Below are positions 8,444-16,972 of a stretch of 59,843 nt of DNA, piece by piece (positions within the stretch are counted from its first letter, which is position 1; every line of letters begins with the position of its first letter). The DNA is from Guillardia theta CCMP2712 (Eukaryota > Protista > Cryptophyta). Under the pieces are notes generated by a model. The model searched no databases. It saw only the letters and a program-made list of their open reading frames with translations, and was not told the origin of the DNA. Location of the stretch: positions 1 to 59,843 of the forward strand of contig NW_005434514.1 in assembly GCF_000315625.1 (NCBI RefSeq), written 5' to 3'. Both the position numbers and the translations under genes were made by a program.

Positions 8444-10549
8444 TTAGAGTTGAGAGGCAACCTCTCCCTCTTGGTTGCCACTCTCCTCTTCCATCTCCAG
8501 TCCCATCTCCTCCTCTGCCTTGCTCAAGAGAAACTCAATTTCGTCTCCCGAGCCTACGCTGCCTTGGTAGGTTAGCGTGGCTGTGAGAACTAATTTATTC
8601 AGGGCAAGAAACAACAAGTCAGTTCGAAATTCTTTTTGTTGTTTCTCCCCTCCTCTCCCTGTTGCTTTTGCAAAGGCTCCCTGGCGTCTTCTTGATGCTA
8701 CCGTCTCCCACGCATGCTGCTCGCTTACTCTTGCAATCTTACTCTTCAAAACTTGCATGTCGTCGTCCTGGGTTGCCGAGGATGATTCCGCCCATTCCTT
8801 CAGCGTCGGAAAACATGCATTTCCAGGAGATGACAAGCTGTCGTACAGGCCGACTATGGCTCCATCGAGCCTGAGTTTGCAAGCTTGGTTTTCTGCACTC
8901 TGTCCCTGGTTGACAGTCTCCTCCAGAACTTTGTAGATGTCTTCGAGGACCACGTTTGCCTCTGGTTCTGGGATGTTGATCTCATTCTCGATCCGTTCGA
9001 GATCTACCTGTGCCCACAGAGGCTCTGTAGGGGGTTCTGTAGCGATCGCTTCCCAGATGTTGGCACTGCCTGGCTCTAGGAGAAGAAGTTTCCCTGCCCT
9101 GTCCCATGGCGCAAAGGACCTGAGGATGTCAATCGCCGTTTCTTTTTCTGAGAAGCTGAGCACTAGATGTTCACCGTTCCAGCTGTTGGTCTCGACATCT
9201 TCTTTCGAGGAGATCTTGACGATGTGCTCAGCCGCTGACTCCTTCCAGCTCGCCACGATCCGTCTCAGTCCTCGAATTGTCATGCCCATAGAGAGATCCT
9301 CCCCGTCGCAGATCTGTTCAGCTTCCTCTCTGGTGAACCTTCCCTTCTGTGCTTTACTCTTGACCAGTACCTCATAGGTCACTCTTCGTGGTACTGCTCC
9401 TAGCGCGTCGGGCAAGAAGTCCAACCTAATTGGATGCTGTCTCGTTACCCTGGTGATTGCACTAACCTGAGTAGTGAACCATTTGAGGATCTTTTCATCT
9501 TCCGACATCAGTCCGAGGTGTATGCCTCCTCCATTCCTGTCGTCTCCCTCAAACATCCGTAGCGTGGTGCTCAGGACGTCCGTCGAAGAGCATCTCGCAA
9601 TCCAATCGATCTCTCTTCCTTGTCGTATCTCGTCCACTCCGGCTGCTGCGAAAGTGCGTTTGTTGGGCTGACCTTGAGGTCTCCTCTTCGTCTTGACCTC
9701 TAGCTGCATGCCCGCTTCCGGCTGCACCTCCAACACAGCTATTCCTTGTTGCAGCAGGTGTTGACGATAGATCTCCGTAATCCCAGCTGAGTTCATGCCA
9801 TTCATCTTGAGGAGGTGAGAGAACTCAGCTAGGGCCCCCGCCTTGCCAGAGTGCTTATCCTTCTGTGGCCTTATCTTGAAGGAGCAAGGATGCTTCGAAT
9901 GCGCGTTCACCGCGCGGATCATCTTTCCGTCGATCCTGAAGTTCGTCTGTCCTTTCCACAGCAGTTCTGCTGCGTCGTTCAATTGGAGTGTTGCCACGAC
10001 TGGGATTTCATCCACTGTCGGAATCAAATCTTTCTTGATCGGGGCTCTCCACGAGATGCATTTCTTGCCCTGCTCCTCGTGCACCAAGAGTCCTTGATCC
10101 TTCAACTTCTCACACAGTACCTCAACTTGTTTTATGTACTGGGTAGGAACTCCGAGGATAGCCATGGTAATCAGTTTACCACTCTCGGGGGACGCTCCTG
10201 AAGCATCGATGCAGGCACTCTTGTCTAGTACCTCCTGTTTGTCTGCGTTCCATGCAGAGACATACCACGACTGTCCTTCTTCCCCCCATTCTTTGATGGC
10301 ATCCTCCTGGCTCCTGACTTCAGCATGTTTGCAGGTCTGTCGAATGGCTTCGGCTAAGGCGTTCATCGAGACTTCCTTGGACTGCAAGGCTCTGCCTGTC
10401 CTGCTCTGAGGGTACTGCCTGACGAAGTGTTCCAATCTTCGGATCAGCTCTCCTAGCGAAGGTGCTGAAGGTGTCGTGTCCTTGTTTAGGAACTGGGAAA
10501 CTCGGACACGAGCAATCTGTTTCCTTTCCTCTTTGGATAGATACCACAT
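8444..10549 (-). CDS. Element A ORF1 (~700 aa, no domain I can recognise)
   Basis: Long ORF ending 9 nt before the ORF2 ATG. It is homologous along its length to the ORFs of elements B and C (e.g. RQYPQSRT/KRYPNSRT, GALAEFSHLL/GSLAELTHLL, GRFTREEAEQICDG/GRFTRKEMEGLCNG, SPGN/SPGS). Confidence 0.85.
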   Translation of the reverse strand: MWYLSKEERKQIARVRVSQFLNKDTTPSAPSLGELIRRLEHFVRQYPQSRTGRALQSKEVSMNALAEAIRQTCKHAEVRSQEDAIKEWGEEGQSWYVSAWNADKQEVLDKSACIDASGASPESGKLITMAILGVPTQYIKQVEVLCEKLKDQGLLVHEEQGKKCISWRAPIKKDLIPTVDEIPVVATLQLNDAAELLWKGQTNFRIDGKMIRAVNAHSKHPCSFKIRPQKDKHSGKAGALAEFSHLLKMNGMNSAGITEIYRQHLLQQGIAVLEVQPEAGMQLEVKTKRRPQGQPNKRTFAAAGVDEIRQGREIDWIARCSSTDVLSTTLRMFEGDDRNGGGIHLGLMSEDEKILKWFTTQVSAITRVTRQHPIRLDFLPDALGAVPRRVTYEVLVKSKAQKGRFTREEAEQICDGEDLSMGMTIRGLRRIVASWKESAAEHIVKISSKEDVETNSWNGEHLVLSFSEKETAIDILRSFAPWDRAGKLLLLEPGSANIWEAIATEPPTEPLWAQVDLERIENEINIPEPEANVVLEDIYKVLEETVNQGQSAENQACKLRLDGAIVGLYDSLSSPGNACFPTLKEWAESSSATQDDDMQVLKSKIARVSEQHAWETVASRRRQGAFAKATGRGGEKQQKEFRTDLLFLALNKLVLTATLTYQGSVGSGDEIEFLLSKAEEEMGLEMEEESGNQEGEVASQL

Positions 10550-10638
10550 GATCAAACAACCGTTTCTGCACAGAAAAATATCCTGTTCAGCACCCTAGCT
10601 CGCAGGGATCCCCTCAAACTGCAGGGGAGGAGAGCATG

Positions 10639-10693
10639 TCTGTTACTCCAGCGGCCTCTGTTACTCCAGCGGCCTCTGTTACTCCAGCGGCCT
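10639..10693. repeat. 18-bp unit x3 (TCTGTTACTCCAGCGGCC) at the 5' terminus of element A
   Basis: Three exact copies lie directly adjacent to the telomeric tract. Confidence 0.9.
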
Positions 10694-10735
10694 CCTAAAC
10701 CCTAAACCCTAAACCCTAAACCCTAAACCCTAAAC
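10694..10735 (+). repeat. Telomeric repeat tract (TAAACCC)~6
   Basis: Perfect CCCTAAA/TTTAGGG repeats. Confidence 0.98.
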
Positions 10736-10888
10736 GAGTTTATTAGAATGCTAGGAAGGATCTCAAGGTTTGGTATCACCTTGCCTTTTCTAGTCTAACA
10801 GGGATCTCGTGACCTGGCAGTTCGGCCCGACTTGGCACCCTGCTTCTGAGGCGTCTTTCTACTCTCTACTTCTGCTGTCTTCTCTTGG

Positions 10889-11105
10889 CTTCCTCAGCCT
10901 CAGTCAGGAGAGTTGCCTCTCCTCACCTTGGCCTTCGGTCGCCACCTACTCTACCTCCATTCAGCTTCCTCAGCCTCAGTCAGAAGAGTTGCCTCTCCTC
11001 ACCTTGGCCTTCGGTCGCCACCTACTCCTCCTCCATTCAGCTTCCTCAGCTTCAGTCAGAAGAGTTGCCTCTTCTCACCTTGGCCTTCGGTCGCCTCCAC
11101 CTTCT
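10889..11105. repeat. 76-bp tandem repeat (~3 copies) in the 3' UTR of element B
   Basis: Units start at 10889, 10965 and 11041 (CTTCCTCAGC...). Confidence 0.9.
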
Positions 11106-11125
11106 CTACTTACCTTGAGCTCAGC

Positions 11126-13273
11126 TCAAGCTCGGTACGGGCTCGCCCCGTCTTCTTCCTCGCCCTCGCCTTGCTCTTCCTCCATGTCTTCCTCTTCTTC
11201 GCCATCTTCCCTCATCTCCACCCGCAGTCGGTCCTTCTTGTCCACCTTCAGCGAGCAGGCCAGCACATGCATCTCTGCGAATTTACTCAGTGCTATGAAC
11301 AGGAAGCTAAGAGATCGACGCTCTATGTCGTCGCTCTCCGCCTCCTGCTCAAGCTCAGCAGCTGCCGTTGCCCGTGGCGAGAACGCGCTGCCCCTCCTTG
11401 CCTTCTTGCTCTCTCCTTGCACGCGAGTCCAGCGCTTGCTCTGCAGCCACTTCCCCAGCTTCTCCTTGAGAACGTTGCGCCCAACTCCCTGCTCCTCTGG
11501 CATCTTCGCCCACTCTCCCAGCGACATGAACTCCAGGCTCCCCGGAGAGTAGAAGGTGTCGTGGAGGTTGCCAACGGCCTTGTCCAGGACCAGCTTGATC
11601 GGCTCGCTCGTCCCCGCCTCGTTCAAAGAAGCTGCATCTTCGATGACTGCTGACAGCTCGCTGACGAGCTGCATGTCCTCTTGGCTTGACGGAGATGCTG
11701 CCTCCATTGTGATCCTCTCCAGGTCTGTAAACTCCAGCCACTCTCCCTCGCTCTCCTCCTGTCGCTGCGCTGCGTCGCTGGTGCCCCGCTGACCAGCCGC
11801 CTCAGAGTCAGGCTCCTTGTCGAAGCCGACTGCTTCGAGCTTGGTTGCTGCGCCTTCGAGATAGAAGGGCAGCTCCTTCATCATGCATCGAGCATCCTCC
11901 GTGGAGCCGAGGAGGATGCATAGCTTGGACCCGTTCCAGGACTTGGTGTTCAAATCCTCCTCCATGTCGATGCCTTCAACGTTGATCTCGAGCCTGTTAG
12001 CGATCTCCAACAAGACTCTCTTGACTCTTGCGATGGACGTGTTGCCGCCGTTGCACAGCCCCTCCATCTCCTTCCTCGTGAAGCGACCAGATGCCGCCGT
12101 CGACTTGATGATGATCTTGATCTCCTTGCCGTCCTTGCCGCCTGCCTTCTTCTGCATCCTTGATGCCTTCTTCAACTTATTTCTGGACACAAAGCGATCG
12201 GCTGTCAACTCGACTGCGAGCGCCTCTCTGATCTTCGGGTCCTCGCTGAACAGAGTCAGGTGTACTCCCTCCATCGCTTCGCTCTCTCGGAAAGCTCGAA
12301 ATGCTGTATCATTCGCCTCTGGGCAGCTCGAGGAGACGATCCACTCCACCTCCCTCTGTCTCCAGATGACGTTGGCCCCTACAGCGATGAAGCCTTTCTG
12401 ACCTAAGCCTTTGTGGACTTGCTGTCCTGGCGCCCCAGCGACCAGCATGCCTGCCAGCGGCTGGAGTTGGACCGCTGCAAGGGACTGGCGCAGCAGCTGA
12501 TAGCGATAGACGGCAGCTATCTCAGCCGTTGTCATGCCGCCCAAGGTTAGCAGGTGAGTCAGCTCTGCCAAGCTGCCCCCTTTGCCCCAGGGTCCTCTCT
12601 TGGCTCGAATCTTGAAAGATCGATCGTGCACGATGCTCACATGTACAGCTGTGAACTTGCGACCATCGATCGCGAAGTCCTCTCTTCCCTGCCAGAGCTT
12701 CTCCGCTTGTGCATTGCGGAGGAAGGAAACAGTCACCGGGATCTCCTCAGCACTCGCTATCTCGGGTCTATACGGAGCCTTCCACATGATTGCTTTACTC
12801 TCTTGCACTGAGTCTACGATCAGTCCGATCTCTTCAAATTTCTTCTTCAGCTTTTCTTCATGGTTGACATACACCGAGGAGATGCCCAGGAGAGTCATGG
12901 AGATGAAGGAAGTCACCTCGTTGCCTGCTGAGGCGGTGTATGTCTCGACCTTCTCCTTCTTGGCTTCTTCAATCTGCTGCATAAACCACTCTCTGGATGC
13001 GTCACTCCATCCATTCATCGCTTCTTGCAGAAACTCACGTCGTGCCTGCTGACATGTCGAGCGGATGGCTTCTGCGATAGCGTCGGGGGTGCATCCCTCC
13101 ACAGCCTTGCAAGCCTGGGCTGTCCTGCTGTTCGGATAACGCTTCGCGAAGCTCTTCACCCTCTCGACGAGATCAGCTTCGAGGACAGAGGCATCCACAA
13201 GTCCGCTCTGCGTGTATTGGCATGATCTCCGATACAGCAGGTTGCGAACATTTTCATCATACTGAAGAACCAT
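11126..13273 (-). CDS. Element B ORF1-like protein (~715 aa from the first ATG, intact)
   Basis: Uninterrupted ORF homologous to A-ORF1 and C-ORF, with an acidic C-terminal tail. Confidence 0.85.
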   Translation of the reverse strand: MVLQYDENVRNLLYRRSCQYTQSGLVDASVLEADLVERVKSFAKRYPNSRTAQACKAVEGCTPDAIAEAIRSTCQQARREFLQEAMNGWSDASREWFMQQIEEAKKEKVETYTASAGNEVTSFISMTLLGISSVYVNHEEKLKKKFEEIGLIVDSVQESKAIMWKAPYRPEIASAEEIPVTVSFLRNAQAEKLWQGREDFAIDGRKFTAVHVSIVHDRSFKIRAKRGPWGKGGSLAELTHLLTLGGMTTAEIAAVYRYQLLRQSLAAVQLQPLAGMLVAGAPGQQVHKGLGQKGFIAVGANVIWRQREVEWIVSSSCPEANDTAFRAFRESEAMEGVHLTLFSEDPKIREALAVELTADRFVSRNKLKKASRMQKKAGGKDGKEIKIIIKSTAASGRFTRKEMEGLCNGGNTSIARVKRVLLEIANRLEINVEGIDMEEDLNTKSWNGSKLCILLGSTEDARCMMKELPFYLEGAATKLEAVGFDKEPDSEAAGQRGTSDAAQRQEESEGEWLEFTDLERITMEAASPSSQEDMQLVSELSAVIEDAASLNEAGTSEPIKLVLDKAVGNLHDTFYSPGSLEFMSLGEWAKMPEEQGVGRNVLKEKLGKWLQSKRWTRVQGESKKARRGSAFSPRATAAAELEQEAESDDIERRSLSFLFIALSKFAEMHVLACSLKVDKKDRLRVEMREDGEEEEDMEEEQGEGEEEDGASPYRA

Positions 13274-13384
13274 ACTTAGAAAGCTATTTGAAGTATACAA
13301 ACCTCTTGCTTGCAGCTTCCTTGGCGCCCTGGCGGCTTCCCCTACACCTGACGAGGAGCCATGGTGCCGAAAATAACGGCGCCT

Positions 13385-13457
13385 CTAAACCCTAAACCCT
13401 AAACCCTAAACCCTAAACCCTAAACCCTAAACCCTAAACCCTAAACCCTAAACCCTA
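13385..13457 (+). repeat. Telomeric repeat tract (TAAACCC)~10
   Basis: Perfect repeats, followed by the (TAG)6 tail of element C. Confidence 0.98.
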
Positions 13458-16315
13458 GTAGTAGTAGTAGTAGTTGAGTTTATTAGAATGCTAGGTAGGT
13501 TGCATGGCTTGTTATCACCTTGCTCTATTCTAGTCTAACAGGGATCTCGTGACCTGGCAGTTCGGCCCGACTTGGCTGGCCCTTATGGCAGCCGTGCTTC
13601 TGCTCTGCTCCCTCCTCTGATATACTTCAGTGGTCTTCCCCGGCCTCAGCCAGTGGAGTTTCCTCCGCCTGCCTTGGCCTGGGTCGTCCGTGCTTTCAAC
13701 TTGTGTTGCTTCCTCGGCTCCGACACACCTTGGCGGTCTCGGCCGGCCTTCGGCCAGTGAGTGAATGAGGGATAAGGTGGTAGGTGGAATGCGTATGGGT
13801 CCCTGGGACTCACGTCCCTTCCCCCGGGCCTCGGTCCGGACCGGGCCCGAGAGCCCAGCCGGCCTCCGCCCGGCCTCCTCCTCCCCGGCCCCCCTCCCCC
13901 CTCCCCCACCGGCTTACCTGCCCTTACCTTCGTTGCTTGCCCCATGTCCACCTCATTTATTTCTTCCTCCTTCCCCCCCTGGGGCCCACAGCTCCGCTCC
14001 GCCTCTTGTTCACCTCTAAGACTTGACTCGAGCCTCAAGCGCGCGAGGGGCCTGCACCGGCCTCCTCCTCCACGCCCTCGCCCTCCTCAGCCTCCATGTC
14101 CACTTCCTCCCTCATCATCAGCCGCAGTCGGTCTTGCTTGTCGACCTTGCCCGTGCAGCTCAACCCATGGTGCTCAGCAAATTTACTGATCGCAAGAAAC
14201 AAGAGGCTTACAGATCGACTCTCGATGTCATCGCTCTCAGCCTCCTGCTCGAGCGCATCAGTCGCTGCTGCCCTTGGAGAGAAGGCGCTGCCCCTCCTCG
14301 CTGCCTTGTTCCCTTGCACCCGTGTCCAGCGCTGCTCGCCGAGGTATGCTCTGAGCTTTTCCTTCAACATGTTTCGCTTCGATCCCAGCGTCGGCGTGGC
14401 TGCCCAAGCTCCGAGCGTCATGAACTCCACGTTGCCCGGCGAGCAGAAGGTGTCATGCAGCTTGCCAACACTCTTGTCTAGCTCCAGCGAGATCGGCTTG
14501 CCAGCTAGCAGCTCCTCCTCTGATGTCTCCAAGAGCATCGTCGAGAGGTCGAGCAAGACCTGTTGGTCGACTGGCCCTGACGGCGACGCTGCTTCCATGG
14601 TGATCCTGTCGATGTCGCTGAGCTCCAGCCATCCAGCGCCTTGCTGCTGCCCTTGGGGCTCTTGGGCTTGCTCCTCGCTGCTCAGGCTCCTCTCCTCCTC
14701 ATGCTGAGGCCCGTTGAGCTTGAACCCCACCGCTTCGAGCTTGACTTCCAGGATCCCTTCCAAGTAGAAGGGCATGTCTTCCATCAAGCGTCGAGCCTCT
14801 GCCTTGGTCGCCAGGGAGAGAGCTATCAGGCTCCCATCCCAGCTGAGCGTGTCACGATCCTCCTCGACCTCGACGCTGACCAGCGTCACGCCTATCCTTC
14901 TTGCTAACTCCAACATGGCTCGCTTGACTCTCGTGATCGATGTGTTACCTCCTCCGCACAGCGCTTCCATCTCCTTCCTCGAGAAGCGGCCTGTGCTCAT
15001 GCTTGACCTCGACTTGATCTGTACTCTGAAGCTGCTGCGCCCCGCATGATCTCTCTCGCGGAGTGCCCTCCTTTGCTTAGCGATCTTTCCCCTAGGAACG
15101 AAGGTGTCGGCTAAACAGTGTCCACAGTGTGAGCTCGACTGCAAACGTCTCTCTGAGCTTGGCGTCGTCGCTGATGAGAGTGAGATGTACCCCCTCCATC
15201 GCCTCGCTGAAGGCTCTCTCTGAACGAGGCCAAGGTCTGCTCGCAACTTGCCGTCGAAGGCGAGCTGAGCACCCACTCCAGCTCTTTTTGCTGGAGAGTG
15301 CCAGTACTTGCCCCAACAGCAACATACGTCTTCGGGCTCGGCCCCTTGCGACCTCTCTGCCCAGGACCCTGCACGAGCATGCCCGCAAGTGGTTGTACCT
15401 CTGCGGTTGCAAGAGATTGCGAGAGCAGCTGAAATCGATATATCTGAGCTATGTCGGCCGTCGACATTCCTCCAAGAGCTAAGAGCTGTGATAGCTCGGC
15501 AAGGCTCCCTCCCTTGCCCCAAGGTCCTCGCTTGGCTCGAAGCTTGAAGGACCGGTCATGTGCAATGCTCACCTCTGTGGCTCTGAACGATCTGCCGTCT
15601 ATGCAGTATTCTCTCCTGCCTTCCCATAGCTCCATGGCTGCTTCATTCCGAAGGAAGGAGACGGTGACTGAGATGTCGTCTGCTCGTGCTATCTCAGGTC
15701 TGTAAGGTGCTTTCCACATGATGGCCTTGTCGACTCCATCGACTGAGTCTACCATGAGACCCAGTTCCATAAGCTTCGATTTCAACTTTTCTTCTTGTCG
15801 AACATACATCGAGGAGATGCCCAGGAGAGTCATGGAGATGAAGGAGGTCCCCTCGGTGCCTTCTGTGCCGATGTATGTCTCGACATTCTGCTTCTTGGCC
15901 TCCTCCATCTGTTGAATAAACCATGCTCTCGACTCTGAGCTCCATTCCCTCAGAGAGTCTTCAAACAGGTCGCGTCTCGCCTGCCGACATGTCGAGCGGA
16001 TGGCTTCTGCGATAGCGTCGGGGGTGCATCCCCCCTCAGCTCTGCAAGCATGAGCTGTCCTACTACCAGGATACCGCTTCGCGAAGTTCTTCACCCTCTC
16101 GACGAGGTCGGCGGCCTCTTCGACGTGGCCTCCAGAGCGCTCGCCCTGCGTGTATTGGCATGATCTCCGATACAGCAGGTTGCGAACGCTCTCATCATAC
16201 TGTAGTACCATGCTTAGAAAGCTGTTTGAACTATACGAACCTCTTGCTCGCAGCTTCCTCCGGTCCCCTTGCGCTCTCCCTACGCGCCGCAGAGCAGCAT
16301 GCCTCTCCAGGGGCC
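13458..16315 (-). mobile_element. Element C: second ORF1-only retroelement with a (CTA)n 3' tail
   Basis: ORF1 paralogue, 3' terminal ~100 bp closely matching B, a tail, and flanking telomeric tracts. Confidence 0.85.
14035..16211 (-). pseudogene. Element C ORF1-like gene with two frameshifts (~15215 and ~15120)
   Basis: Homology to B-ORF passes through three frames (15111-16211, 15092-15412, 14035-15522). Confidence 0.8.
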
Positions 16316-16383
16316 CCCTAAACCCTAAACCCTAAACCCTAAACCCTAAACCCTAAACCCTAAACCCTAAACCCTAAACCCTA
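16316..16383 (+). repeat. Telomeric repeat tract (TAAACCC)~9-10
   Basis: Perfect repeats. Confidence 0.98.
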
Positions 16384-16530
16384 TTATTATTAGAATGTTG
16401 CTCGGCCTCGTTGTGGGCTTATGCAATTTGATCCTAGTCTAAAGAGGCGCTCGAGCACTGGGAGTACGGTACACGGCCTACAATGCGAACCCTGCTTCTG
16501 AGGCGTCTTTCTACTCTCTACTTCTGCTGT
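16384..16530 (-). mobile_element. Element D: ~150-bp 5'-truncated 3' stub with (TAA)n tail
   Basis: Variant of the 3' motif (TTAGAATG...CTAGTCTAA) plus a ~42-bp block identical to B 3' UTR (~10838-10880). It is followed by CTAAACCCTAAA at 16531-16542. Confidence 0.8.
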
Positions 16531-16542
16531 CTAAACCCTAAA

Positions 16543-16730
16543 GCGCCTGTCCTGTCCCTTCCCCCCCCCAGTCGCCCACCTCTTCCCTCCAAGACCATGA
16601 GCTGCGCCTGTCCTGTCCCTTCCCCCCCCAGTCGCCCACCCCTTCCCTCCAAGACTATTAGCTGCGCCTGTCCTGCCCTTCCCCCCCAGTCGCCCACCTC
16701 TTCCCTCCATGACCATGAGCTGCGCCTGCC
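16543..16730. repeat. ~60-bp C-rich subtelomeric tandem repeat (~3 copies)
   Basis: GCGCCTGTCCTG...CAGTCGCCCACC...AGCT is repeated. Confidence 0.85.
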
Positions 16731-16972
16731 TCCTTGATGCTAGGCTTGTTTTCCTTCCCTGCCGCCTGTGCTCCATAGGTGGCTTGCCCCTGTGCCGCGC
16801 CTGCCCCCTCACCTGCCCCCATCGGACTAGGTCGACTCGCTTCCCCTTCTTGCCGTCCATAGCATGTGTTGCACCTCCAGCAGTTGCTTGATTGCTGCTG
16901 TCTTGATGCTTTCACATTCCGTGTCTTCCACCCTTAGCATCATGAAATTCTCATGCCATTCCCTTTCCATGA

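Larger units (their letters stand above)
508..10693 (-). mobile_element. Element A: autonomous-type non-LTR retrotransposon with dual endonucleases (Dualen/RandI-like layout), 5' end abutting telomeric repeats
   Basis: ORF1 (8444-10549) is followed by a polyprotein with protease, APE, RT, CCHC and RLE motifs. Its 5' end joins (TAAACCC)n at ~10694. Confidence 0.92.
10736..13384 (-). mobile_element. Element B: non-autonomous ORF1-only retroelement between telomeric tracts
   Basis: Single ORF1 paralogue, no RT, conserved structured 3' end containing AATAAA, telomeric repeats on both sides. Confidence 0.85.

Noticed and set aside
10639-11105. Short repeats resembling a CRISPR array
   Set aside because: Tandem units have no unique spacers, there are no cas genes, and the context is eukaryotic.
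944-13225. Many plus-strand ORFs opposite the retroelement genes
   Set aside because: Antisense shadows of long minus-strand coding frames with no independent motifs.
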